From Vicugna vicugna (lineage: Eukaryota): a stretch of 64,000 nucleotides of DNA. The stretch covers positions 248,001 to 312,000 of the forward strand of contig MU058463.1 in assembly GCA_013265495.1 (NCBI GenBank), written 5' to 3'. Below are positions 13,942 to 25,588 of the stretch, in pieces. Within the stretch, counting starts at the first letter, position 1. Each line of letters opens with the position of its first letter. Under the pieces are notes generated by a model. The model made no database searches, was not told where the DNA came from, and worked only from the letters and a program-made list of their open reading frames with translations. The position numbers were made by a program, and so were the translations under genes.

Positions 13942-15384
13942 TGTATTATGCTTGCCTTAAATTTTGGAAAACTTAATCAAGGCAAATTTTTATAAAGAAA
14001 AGAAATTGTAATGCTCGCATTCAAAAGCCCACTTGCTTTTACTCCTATATCTTACTTAGTGAATTTGCTACATAATCTCTTTGAACATTTGCTGGCTTGA
14101 CACAAATATATTAATATTTATTGTCCTGAGAATACTTTCTCTAAAGTTCACATGAGCTTTTACTGAGGGTATTGACTATAACAAACAATTCCTAAAAAAT
14201 AATTCAAATTATCGAATTGTGTAATAAAACACTGTATTTTAACCAAATTAAAAGGTAATTTGGCAACAATTAAGATAATACCAAATGCATTTCAAATTAT
14301 GATAAATAACTTTAGTTTAGAAATAGATAAAGAAGCGCACCTTTACTCTCTCATACAATATTCCTTTTTGGAAATATGTTTAAACTATCATAACCCTAAA
14401 CATAAGGTAGCTTACACATACTGTAAGTATAGTTATACATTTAATTGGTGTGACTTTTTAAATGCTTCCAATATTATCATCTGAGTTTCTCTACATCAGC
14501 TCTTTCATTATAATATTTATTTCAGTTCCTTATTACCTGCAAACACTATCTTAGAAACTCTATAAATCATATATCTGTATCTGTAACTACATCTATATCT
14601 ATCTATTTTACCTTACCCAATATTTTAACTGATTTATTGGTTTTAAATTTTAAAATGATATGACAACTTCTACTTGTATAAAAAAATATTTAGGCAATTA
14701 TTAAATAATAAACTTATTTAATATTTTTCTTGTGTTGAATATGGTTGATTAATACATGATATTTATTCCATTCTTCTACTGGTGTAGATTTATTTTCAAA
14801 ATCTTCTATTACAACCTATAGTGATATATTTTACACATCAACTCAAGACACACTGAGACACAGAAAAAAACAATGTACTGGGAAAATTCCTCTTACTCTA
14901 TGTTAAAAGCTTTATACCATGCTATTTGGCTCTTCATATTTAATTATGCATGTATATTGTGCTCCATTAATTATTTATTTGCTACCACTTAAAGAACGCA
15001 TCTCTAGTGGCCATTATACTATTGTTGAAACTAAAAAGTAAAAAGAGAAAAATATATATGTATATATACTCTCATGCACAGACTCATTCATTGGTCAATC
15101 ATATTTAGAAGATACGAAGGAGCATGCATTAACACATTGTGCTGCTGCTGCTTTTTCTGCTTGCAATTAGGGCTTACTACCTAGGCCATAGGACATCTAT
15201 TTTGCTCAAGACGGACCAAGCAGATATGGTGTTTGGTTTTTTTTTTTTTTTTCTGAAACCATCCATAACAATAGTTTATTTTTTTTTTATTGTGGCAATT
15301 TAATTCTCATTAAATTTTTTAATGGTATAGAGGTAGTGCAGTTCAGAAACCACAGGCTTCCTAATAGTGTAAAAGGTCAGGACT

Positions 15385-15600
15385 AACAGAATCAAAAATA
15401 ATATAATACTTAGGAATACCTTTGTAAAAAGGAATATGAAGTTTATAATCAGTAAACTAAAATTGTTGAAAAATTTAAAAAGACCTAAACAAAAGAAAAG
15501 TCATTCCATGTTTATGTACCAGAAGGCATAACATTTTAAAACGGCAATTCTCCCAAAATTGATTTATGGATTCAACACAATCCCTATAAAATTCTACTTG
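15385..15600 (+). mobile_element. Old L1 ORF2 fragment (post-RT)
   Basis: 'tacttaggaata', 'gacctaaacaaa', 'attccatgttt', 'gcaattctcccaaaattgatttatggattcaacacaatccctataaaa' (YLG..DLNK..IPC..AILPKLIY.FN.IPIK). Confidence 0.75.
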
Positions 15601-15871
15601 GCATCTTTTTTCTCTAATATAAAATATGATGATATGTTATTTTCCTAAGTATTATCTTTATGTAACTATATTTTATACTTAAGCCTTATTCATTTAATTA
15701 TTCACTTTAGATTGTTTAAATTTTTTCATGATAAAGAGGAAAATGTTAAATTTACATTTTTCTCAAACACTAGATTTATTGCTATTTTTATGTTGCCAAT
15801 ATTTTAAAACACTTTCTGTTTTTGTTATTAGTCTAAAAGTTACTTCTAAATTAAAAACATATACATATGCC

Positions 15872-15921
15872 TAGAAGTCTATTAGAACTTTCTGTGATGA
15901 CAGGAATGTTCTATAACCACT
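15872..15921 (+). mobile_element. MER3 (hAT-Charlie MITE), left part
   Basis: 'gtctattagaactttctgtgatgacaggaatgttctata' resembles the MER3 5' end. Confidence 0.65.
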
Positions 15922-16431
15922 GGCTAATATTTTTAATACAAAGATTTTTTTCAACTTTAGATATTTGAAAAAATCCCACAGAGCATAAGATTTTTTAATG
16001 TAAAGACAAAGAAAATGGTGCATATGGCAAGAGAAACAATGCAAGGAAGCATCAGAGCTCTGACAGACATCTGATGTTCCAGTAGCCTGGGTATTTATTT
16101 GTGCATGGGCTATGCTCTGTCAATGTATTCAACCACCATGATCTGTGTAAGTAACCTTGGCTTCCTGTGTGCTCAAATCATAAGTTCCAAGCACAGTTTT
16201 ATACTCCTCTGGCATTTAATCAGGCTAGGCTGATAAATAGGTTAGGCTGGTTGAAAATTCTTAGTTAAAAAAATTGTGTCTGGGGGTTGCTGGGGGAGTT
16301 TCAGTCTGTAAACAACACATAATAAATCCTATTGACCTTATCTTGGCCAAGAGTCAACAGATATCTAATTATCTCCAGAGATAAATACAGAGTTTTTTCA
16401 GGCCATCTGTAAATCACCTCTATCTATTACA

Positions 16432-16581
16432 TATAACCACTAGCCACATGTGACTACTGAACATTTGACATATGGCATTTGGAAGTGCGGAATTAAATAT
16501 TATTTACTATATGTCTAGTTTTAGTTAACGTAAAATCAAACAGCCACATGTGGCTCATGGTTACAGTACTGGATAGCACAG
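16432..16581 (+). mobile_element. MER3, right part
   Basis: 'ccactagccacatgtgactactgaacatttga' ... 'agccacatgtggctcatggttacagtactggatagcacag'. Confidence 0.8.
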
Positions 16582-18511
16582 ATCTGATTCTTTACAATAT
16601 AATGGCTATATAAATATAAATCATTACACATACAAACAAAATGAGTAAGCCTGTAGAACCTGAAATATTTTACTATATCATTAAAACTTGGGTATATGAA
16701 GGAGACTATCCAAATATCCATTCCTAACGGTCCCAGTTTTTTTGTGCATATGTCATATGCTGTTATATGATGATTTCTCCTATCTAAAGAGAACTATATT
16801 GCATTTTTTTTTAATTTTGGAGATTCCATCTGCAAAATGAGGTTTTTTTCATATTTAGAGTGGGTCAAATATGGTTATTCCTTACTTGTTTAAAGATAGC
16901 CTTATTTTACAATGTTAATTTTTCCAAGCATAGATTCTAAGATGTAAATCCATTTTATTCTGCACAGTTTCTTTTTTGACTCTAGGCTCTAGATTTTTAA
17001 TTATAAATTATTTGTGATCTTTTTTTTCACCATGTATAGAACAGAAAAAGCAAAAGGGTAACAGCCAAAATACCAATAATTTATATTGTCAAATGAGATT
17101 CTGATTTAACGAATTTTAGTTTGCCAAGCATTTCAGCACAAATTTGTTCATAATCCTGTTTCCATTTGTAAAGTCCTTTATTTCCATCCATTATTGAAAT
17201 TTCAACTTTATTAATGGTTTCAACAGATTGAGTCAATACAACAATTAATTTATTGCTAAATAACTTTTAAATAATTAGCACCATTAGTATTTATGGACCA
17301 ATATCTTATGAAGGTTTTAATTAAATCTCATTAACCATTTGATCATCAATATCAGTATTACCAAAAGTTTTATTGAAATCAGTCATATTGATATTATTAA
17401 TTATATCAGTATTATGCCAAATTACAGTTACATTCTGGATGTATTTATACTACTTTTTAAAAAGTCAGTTAGAATTAACTATAATATTTTATTTGCCTTC
17501 CTCCTAATGAAACCTACTTTCCTGCACATACCAAATGCTGTCATGGATTAAGCTGTAAATCAAAGGGGAAAAAAATTGGTTAATTCCAGATTCCAATTCT
17601 ATTTGGACACAGCTGTATGCCTTTTCTATAGTCCTTTAAAATCATGCTATGTTGGTAGTAGTCAACTATACATAAACTTTAATTTATGCATACCTAAAAG
17701 CTTCTCATAAACACTGTTGGTGGGCATTAGAGCTAATTCTGATAGAAACTGACCCCCAAAATGACACTAGTTTCTGTTTGCCAGTCATTCTTTACCTTCA
17801 TTATTTCTTTCTATGCATATACATACACACATACACACACAGGACTTGATTTTGCATGCAAATTGTTTTCCAGAATTAAGTGAATTTTTGGTAGGTCATC
17901 ATTTATATGCAGCTTAGTATTGATGATAGGGTTGATAATTTTTCATTCTATAATTGTGACTAAATGCAGCTCTGGATTTTAAAAAATTTAATAATGCTTT
18001 TAGCACTGTTATTTACATGGCTAAGTGCTTTTGAAGTTGTTTTGCATTTATCAGGTGTCAGAACACACTGCAAGAATAATGAGGGACAAGTTTGAAAAGT
18101 GCATTGAACATCACGGACTGCTGTCATCACCTTATCAATGCAAATATTAAAACTATTTCTAACCATATAATACATAATAAAAGTCAAAGAAAATTATTTT
18201 AAAAGCTAAAATAATGAGTTTTAAAATGATACCATAATGAAAAGAAATGACAGTAATCAAGTAGTAGATAAACACGAATGAAAATTAAAATAAGAGTAAC
18301 ATATAACAAAGACATAGTTGGTTTATTAAGCCAATTCAGTAAAAATATGTTCTTTATTAATCTTTCACAATATTTAAATCAATTCCCATGTTTTTCATTA
18401 GTATAGAATTTAGAGGAGTAAAAAAAAAAGATTTTACTTTTGTTTTTGCCAAGATTATAATAGGTTTCATTTAAAACACCCTTTAACATAATTATGTTAA
18501 ATAATAAATCA

Positions 18512-19154
18512 AGATTTCCTGTCAAGATGGTGGAGTAGTAGGACCACGAGCTTGCTTCTCCTTGCCACTACAACGAAACCACAACTGACCATCGAAAAAA
18601 GACTGGAACCTAGCAAAAAAGATCTTCTTCAACTGGAAATATAAAGAGGGAACCACAGCAGGATGGTAGGAGGGGCATGCTTGCGATATAATCCCGCCTC
18701 ATACTCCTGGGTAGGCAACCCACAAGCTGAAGAATAATTAAGTCACAGGAATGAGAGTTCTAAGCCCCACGCCAGGCTCCCCAGCCTGGATTTCTGGCAC
18801 TAGGAGGAGGAGGGAGACCCCAGGACATGTGGTTTTGAAGGCAAGCAGAGCTTAACTCCAGGAGTCCCACAAGACTGGGGGAAATAGAGACTTCATTCTC
18901 TTGGGAAGGGTACACAGAATCTCCTGTGTGTTGGGTCCAAGGGCAAAGGCAGTGATTTCATAGGAACCTGAGCCAGGCCTGCCTGCTGGTGTTGGAAGGT
19001 CTCCTGGGGACACAGGGGATGGCTGCTGCTCACTCAGGGAACATAAAAGCTGGTGGCGGACATTATGGGAGTGTTCATCTACATAAGCCTTCCTGGAGGC
19101 TGACATCTTGATTGGATCATTAGCACCAAGACCTAGCCCCACCTAACAGCCTGT
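18512..19154 (+). mobile_element. Isolated LINE-1 5'UTR (internal promoter region) fragment
   Basis: GC-richer island starting 'ttcctgtcaagatggtggag' (YY1-like CAAGATGG at 18523-18530), resembling laurasiatherian L1 5' ends. Confidence 0.65.
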
Positions 19155-19305
19155 TAAGTTTATTTCTAGGTATTTTGTTCTTTTTGATGCAATGGAAGTG
19201 TTTATGCCAGTTATAAAATTCTGATTTTTTAAGAGAAAAAAAAATGAATGAAGAGCTGTAAATGGCAAAGTATCTTTCTTCTTATAGGTGAGTTGTATTT
19301 CATTT

Positions 19306-19349
<44 letters not shown>

Positions 19350-19470
19350 TATATGCTGCATCTTCTATATCCATTCATCTATTGATGTGCACTTAGGATG
19401 CTTCCATATCTTGGCAATTATAAATAATGTTGCTGTTAATAGTGGGGTGTATGTATCTTTTTGAATTAAT
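19155..19470 (-). mobile_element. Two antisense L1 ORF2 fragments (19155-19197 and ~19257-19470) with an embedded (TA)n
   Basis: 'aagtttatttctaggtattttgttctttttgatgcaat' and 'ccattcatctattgatgtgcacttaggatgcttccatatcttggcaatt'. Confidence 0.75.
19306..19354. repeat. (TA)n microsatellite with one interruption
   Basis: Read directly from the sequence. Confidence 0.97.
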
Positions 19471-20006
19471 TCTTATCTTGTGGTTGGCTTTATTCCTTTG
19501 ATAACTATGTAAGTTTAAAAAGCTAAAGCTCTAAATGTTCTTAGAAACAAATAGTACATATACATAAAATTTTAAAAACATGTAGTATATTGTGTATATG
19601 TATTTACATGCAATATATTGTATATGTGCAGTCAAATGGTAACAATTCTACCTAATAAAACTTAGAAGAAACAAACTTCTTACAAATAAGGAAAAAGATG
19701 AATAACCTGATAATATTAATGTAAATAAAAATGGCTAACATTCAATACATTATATGATACCCACTTTAAAAAATAATAAATCAAATTACTAGGGATGGGT
19801 CCTTTCTGATATTAAGTTTCTAAATTTATTCCAAAAGTTTCTTCTCCCGAAGAGTATGATTTTTGAAAATTTATTTTTTAATTAGAAAAGATATATGATT
19901 TACATTTAATAATTTGTTTTCTAGTTGTGACTGGTTTTGATACTAGTTACCATTATTTGGATAACTGGAGTCTGACTGGCAAAGTCAACACTGAACAAAT
20001 AGTGAT

Positions 20007-20372
20007 TGTGGTGATTAATTTTATGGATTAACTTGGCAATGGTACCCATATTTGATCAAATCTTATTCTTGATGTTTCCATGAAAGTAATTTTTAGATGA
20101 TATTAACATTTCAATCAGTAGTAGACTGGGTAAAGCAGACTACTGTCCATAATGTAAGTGGACCTCATCCAATCAGTTGAAGGACTTAATAAAAACAGTT
20201 TACCTCCCTGGAAGAAGAGAGAATTCTGCCAGTGGACCACCTTTGGACTCAAACTACAGCTTTTACCTGGGTCTCCAGTCTGCTGGCCTACCCTGCAGAT
20301 TTTGGACTTGGCAAACCTCCAAATCATGTGAGCCAATTCCTTAAAACAAATCTCTTTCTCAATAAATATATA
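20007..20372 (+). mobile_element. MLT2-type (ERVL) LTR, 3'-truncated
   Basis: 'tgtggtgattaattttatg', 'gacctcatccaatcagttgaaggac', 'ccctgcagattttggacttg', 'atcatgtgagccaattccttaaa'. Confidence 0.8.
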
Positions 20373-21745
20373 AAGTGAAAGTGGCTTTCGAACTAGGTAA
20401 TGGATAGTGCCTATATGAGTTCTGAAGTGTGTATTAAAAAAATTAGATTACCTTAAAGAGACTCTTGGTAGAAATACAGATGTTCAAGGTGCATCTGGCG
20501 AGGTTTCAGATGGAAAGAGGAACATATTTTTGGACACTAGAGGAACCATAATTCTTATTATGAAGTGGTAAAGATTTTGTGTTGTAGTATTTTGTGGATG
20601 GTAAAATCTGTAAGTGATTAACTTGGATATTTAGGTGAGGAAATTTATATTCAAAGTTTTGAATGCACTACCCAGTTTTTCCTTGTTGCTTTTAATAAAA
20701 TATGAGAAGAAAAATAAAATAAAGAAGGAATTGTTAAGCACGAAGTCCAGGGTTTCTGGGGTGATGTTACAGCCCAGGGCCAAGGAAGTAGGATCACTAC
20801 CCCTGTTGGTGCAGGAGGAAGTACTGCCACTCTGGTGGGCCTGTAGGACAGACCATTGCACCAAAGAGGATTATTCTCAAGCCTTAAAATCTAATGGAAT
20901 TTGACCTGTTAGGATTCCGACTTGTTTGGGACCTGTGACCCTTTCTTTTTTCTGATTTCTCTCTTTTGGAGTGGGATTGTATAACCTATGCCTGTTAACC
21001 ATTCTATTTTGCAATTCTATTCTATTTTGGTTTCACAGATTCAGAGGTCAAAAGGAATTTTGTCCCAGGATGAATTAAACTTCAAGTCTCAATTGTACCT
21101 GATTTGAATAATATTTAGATGAGATTTTACACCGAGCTGCTGCTGGAATATGTTGACTGAAATGAAATGTACAACCTAAAAGGTGAGAGTTATGTTTTAC
21201 TTGGCGGATTTTCTTAGCACTCAAGCCCAGGACACAACATCTCAGATCACTCTAAGAGGTTGTTTCAAAGTGGCAAGGTAGAAGCTAGGATATAGGAGTT
21301 TTTGCAACAAAGACCAGGTAGTTGGAACATCAAAATATTACTGTTAATTAAAGAAAATCAGGTATCTCCAGTTAAGGAATTTAGTGTTTTTCTATGTATG
21401 GGAAGATGAAAAGGTCTGGGCTCATTGAAATCATTCCTTTGATATGCACCTAGCTATTTAGATCCAGTTTCCAGTTCTTCCACATCATAAGTTCCCTCAG
21501 GGTGCACTGTTGATGGTGGCTGTAGAGGCCAGACTGCCTGCTTGTAGGCATTCTGGGTTCCCTCCGCTCACTGCCAAGGGTGGAGATAGTTGCTGATGAG
21601 TTGATGGTGACAGCATCCTTTGTTTACTGTTTGGCTGGCAGTATTTTTCATTCACAAATGGGTTAAGGCTTTTTGGGCTTTTGAGATGTGGTGAATGTAT
21701 ACAGTAATGCATACACGGAGGACATGAATTTCGTGGGACCAAAAG
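20373..21745 (+). mobile_element. MaLR internal sequence (MLT-int-like), interrupted by a solo LTR
   Basis: 'gtggctttcgaactaggtaatgg', 'gaggattattctcaagccttaaaatctaatggaatt'; resumes after 21656 with 'gggttaaggc...ggacatgaattt'. Confidence 0.7.
21151..21656 (-). mobile_element. Solo ERV1 LTR (MER41-like, cetartiodactyl type)
   Basis: TG...CA termini; 4-bp flanks aata/aatg (TSD with 1 mismatch); terminus shared with the LTR at 24812. Confidence 0.8.
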
Positions 21746-21779
21746 TTCTTAAATTCACATTAGCTTTCCTAAAATTCTA

Positions 21780-22135
21780 TACCATAAACAAATGCATAAG
21801 GAGATCAGGAAGCCCCTTATGGATGAGAATTAATTTTATCTAAGGCTTGAAGGATGAATAGTTGAGGAAGAAAAGTGATACTAGCCAAAGTGAAATCTAG
21901 GTGGGGGTAAAAATGATTATTCCCATGTTCATACATCTTGACTACTTTAGTTGGAACAGAGTAGGTATTGGTTTGGTGGGGAGAAATATGTCATGTGATG
22001 AAGAGAAATGGTAGGCAAGGGTGACATTAACAGTCTTTTACACTTCCTAATATGTTTGAACTTTATGCATAGGACAGTGAAAAAAACAGAAAATTTTTAA
22101 TAAAAACGATTGATATTATCTGATTTGCATAATGT
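21780..22135 (-). mobile_element. L2 relic
   Basis: 'aggcttgaaggatgaatag', 'tttgaactttat', 'atctgatttgcat'. Confidence 0.5.
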
Positions 22136-22548
22136 CTTGATCTCAGTAAGCTCTCAATACATAAAAAGATAAGAAATGAATTAGTTAACGTTACATCTAT
22201 TTTCAGAAAAAGGAAATTTTACGAAAAGACCTTGAATAGTTTCTTTCAGACACACACAGATATATTAGCCAAAGAGATTTGCTGAAGATAATTTGATATT
22301 GATTTAACATGAATAACTTGCTTTATTTTCATCCTTGAAAGACTGTATGATAACAATACCTGTTATCCATCGAAACATGTTCCCCTTGGTGGGTATTTTG
22401 TGTAAGGAGTCCTAATTGGAATATTAGAAAATTTACAGTGTTTTTCATACTGAGTAAACTATTATAAGATATGTTTGTAGGTCTGAGATATTTATTTAGT
22501 TAGTTATGTATTCATTTATTTTTTCATTTACTCGTTATTAAGATTTCT

Positions 22549-23435
22549 TGCAAATCAAAACAATAGTGAGGTATCACTTCACCCTGTTCAGATGGCCATC
22601 ATTGAAAAGTCAACAAATATTATGCACTGGAGAGGGTGTGGAGAAAAAGGAACCCTCTTGTACTACTGGAGGGAATGTAAATTGGTGCAGCCACTATGGA
22701 AAACTGTATGGACGGTCTTTAAAAACTTAAAAATCCAGCAATATAAGCTAGCAATCCCACTCCTGGAAAAAGGCAAAAACTCTAATTTACAAAGATGCAT
22801 GCACCCCAGGGTACACAGCAGCACTATCTGCACTATTTACAATAACCAAGACATGGACTCAACCAAAATGTCCATCATCAGAGGAATGGATATAGGTGTG
22901 CATATATATACTCAATGGAATATCACTAAGCCATAAAAAGAATGAAATAATGCCATTTGCAGTAACACGGATGGACCTAGAGATTATCATATGAAGTGAA
23001 ATAGTCAGAGAAAGACAAATATCATATGATATCACTTATACGTGGAATCTAAAACATTGTACAAATGAACTTATTTATGAAACAGAAATAGACTCACAGA
23101 CAGAAGAACACTTATGGTTACCAAAGGGGAAAAGTAGGGAAAGGGATAGATTAGGAGTTTGGGATTACACACACTACTATATATAAAATAGATAAACAAC
23201 AAGAACCTACTGTATAGCACAGGGAACCATATTCAATATCTTGTAATAACTTATAATGGAAAAGAATCTAGAAAAGAATATATGTATGCATATTATATAT
23301 ATATGTATAGATACAATATAGATAACTGAATCACTCTGCTATACTCTGAAACTAACACACATTGTAAAAGAACTATAATTAAATTAAAATAAATTATAAA
23401 GTTATAAATAAACAAATTACAAAAGTAAAGAAAAA
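22549..23435 (+). mobile_element. 5'-truncated artiodactyl-type L1 (ORF2 C-terminus, 3'UTR, decayed A-tail)
   Basis: Peptides QIKTIVRYH and [28 protein letters not shown]; 3'UTR 'acagaaatagactcacagac...ctactgtatagcacagggaac'; possible TSD aagatttct (22540-22548) / aatatttct (23434-23442). Confidence 0.9.
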
Positions 23436-23839
23436 ATATTTCTATGTTAATTTCCCAACAGATCCTGCAAGAAGAAGCCAAAAACTTATTGTGACGTAGG
23501 TCTAATATCTAAGGATATCAATGATAAAAATACTCTTCAAAGAAATTTTACTAAGCAGATTATATTGGTGTTGAAAAAACTTTCTAGACCCAAGAGGAAG
23601 CTGCTCCTGACCAGGGTGCCATATCGGCAAACTAAAAGTTAGATAATTTTTGTGTTCCTGCAAATGCTTTACTTGACCAGAAATGCAGTATTCAGTTAGC
23701 CAATTCCCCAACACCAAGCCAACCCTGGGCCTTCTCTCCTCGAAGAAGATTAACTGTGTGGTCTCAGCCAACCAGATATTATCTATTTGTCTTATATCTA
23801 GATGGCTATATGTGAATAAAATGTAATAAAGTAATATGA

Positions 23840-24000
23840 TACAATTTCATGAACAGGAGTAGAGGTTAGGGAGGCATCTGAGGAAGAATCAAACATCTGA
23901 TAGAAGTTGAGGATTCTAGGCAGAAAGAAGAGAAATGCAAAGGCCTGAAGCAAAATCATCTTGGCATGTTCAAGGAAGAGTAAGAAAGCAATAATGACTT
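23840..24000 (-). mobile_element. L2 relic
   Basis: 'attctaggcagaaagaagagaaatgcaaaggcctgaagca...ttggcatgttcaaggaa'. Confidence 0.6.
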
Positions 24001-24811
24001 CCTTATTTAAATCAAATGCCATTCAAGTATAGTTATAGTTAACAGTTTCTTTACTAAAGAGTCTTATAATAGCAATGGGACATGATATTGGATATTAGAG
24101 TGTAATCACATGCCATCTGCACTTGACAGGCTTCAAGATGTACTTGTCCAAGTATGAGAAGACTGGTTTTCTTCACAGTCTTGTAACTGAATAAAAGAGG
24201 CTGCAACTGGAATGCTGAGTCAGCACAAGACCACTTTAGACCTTCAGAAGGCAGGAATCCTCCTGTGACTTCATCCAAGACATTATACATATACTTTACC
24301 AAGTAAATATTGATTTATTTGTTGTTATTTTTATTCATTTGTTCTTGTCTGCCTTCTGCATCTACATGAGCACTTTTACATATAAATGGAATTTCTATTT
24401 TGTCTTTTCCTATATTCTAAATTTCTCTTATCCAATGAGAAATATGTAATTATTCTACATTTTCATGATTTGGCAGTTTGTGTATATATCAAAATTTTTA
24501 TTGAAATCTTTTAGATTTATTCTGGTGTGTTACTATATTTCTTAAAATCGTTACATTGGGAACTGAAGAGAATATACATATAGTTTATACTAAAAAGAGA
24601 ACTGTGAGACTAACTTTTCTATTCTTAAAAATATAATCCCAGCTATATAGCCTAAAAAGTAACTAGGTTTTATTTTTTAGCTGAATTATCTAAATTCTTA
24701 GTAGGTTAAGATTATATGATATGGGGGAAATTAATCTCTCTCTCTCTATCATAGATCACTTAAAAACAAATAATAAAATTATTGAGCAAAAATATTCAGA
24801 CATCTCTCTCA

Positions 24812-25248
24812 TGTTGACTGAAAAAAATGCACAACATGAGAGTTATGAGTTGTTTTATTTGAGACTGGAAGACAGCCTCTCAGATAGCTGTGAGGAACTG
24901 CTCCAAAGGGGTGGGGGGAGGTCAGTGTATATGTGAAGGGAGGATATTTGTAATAAAGCATGCATTTTGGCAGGTTGCTACTACTCATAAGGAGCAGATG
25001 TCTCCATTAATGATGTTAATGTTTTTCTAGGTATAAGAAGATGCAAGAAATTGGGTTCATAAAATTTTCTCCTGAAAATATCTAATTAGCTAAAGGCCTG
25101 TTCTGCCAGTTTTTCCCAGAGCACAGAATGCCTCATTCCTGATCCCCACCCTGAACTCCTTTCAAGGTGTGTTGAAGGTCAGTGACTACAGTGTCTAGTG
25201 ACTTCATTCTTATGAAACCAGATGCTGAGCAACATTCTTTAGTTGGCA
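24812..25248 (-). mobile_element. Solo ERV1 LTR (MER41-like)
   Basis: TG...CA termini; 4-bp flanks ctca/ttca; minus-strand AATAAA near its 3' end ('ttttattt' at ~24853-24860). Confidence 0.8.
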
Positions 25249-25588
25249 TTCACGATACCTTCATGCATGACTTCTTAGTTTCACTTCCCAAGTATATCTT
25301 ATGAACACCTGATCTGCAGTTTCTCATCTTTCTCAACTGACTAAAAGCCCAGGGTTTCTCACACCTAGCAAACAACAGCTCAGTCCATAGCACAAACAGC
25401 CTCTTGACCAAGTGGCCAACAATAAGGTAAGCATTAAGTCTTTCTTACATGAGAATCAGAGAAACGGAAGCCCCTAGCAACTCCTAAGTGTAAATTATGT
25501 GATCAGAGATTATACTGAATATAATCCTTGAAAGGGAGTGTTAGATATGTTGAGTCCTGAAAAGTAGACCAAAAAAAGAAAGATTTTT

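Noticed and set aside
18852..19142. 96-aa antisense ORF in the L1 5'UTR (ORF0-like idea)
   Set aside because: Non-ATG start, decayed copy, and no recognisable homology; chance ORFs are expected in GC-richer DNA
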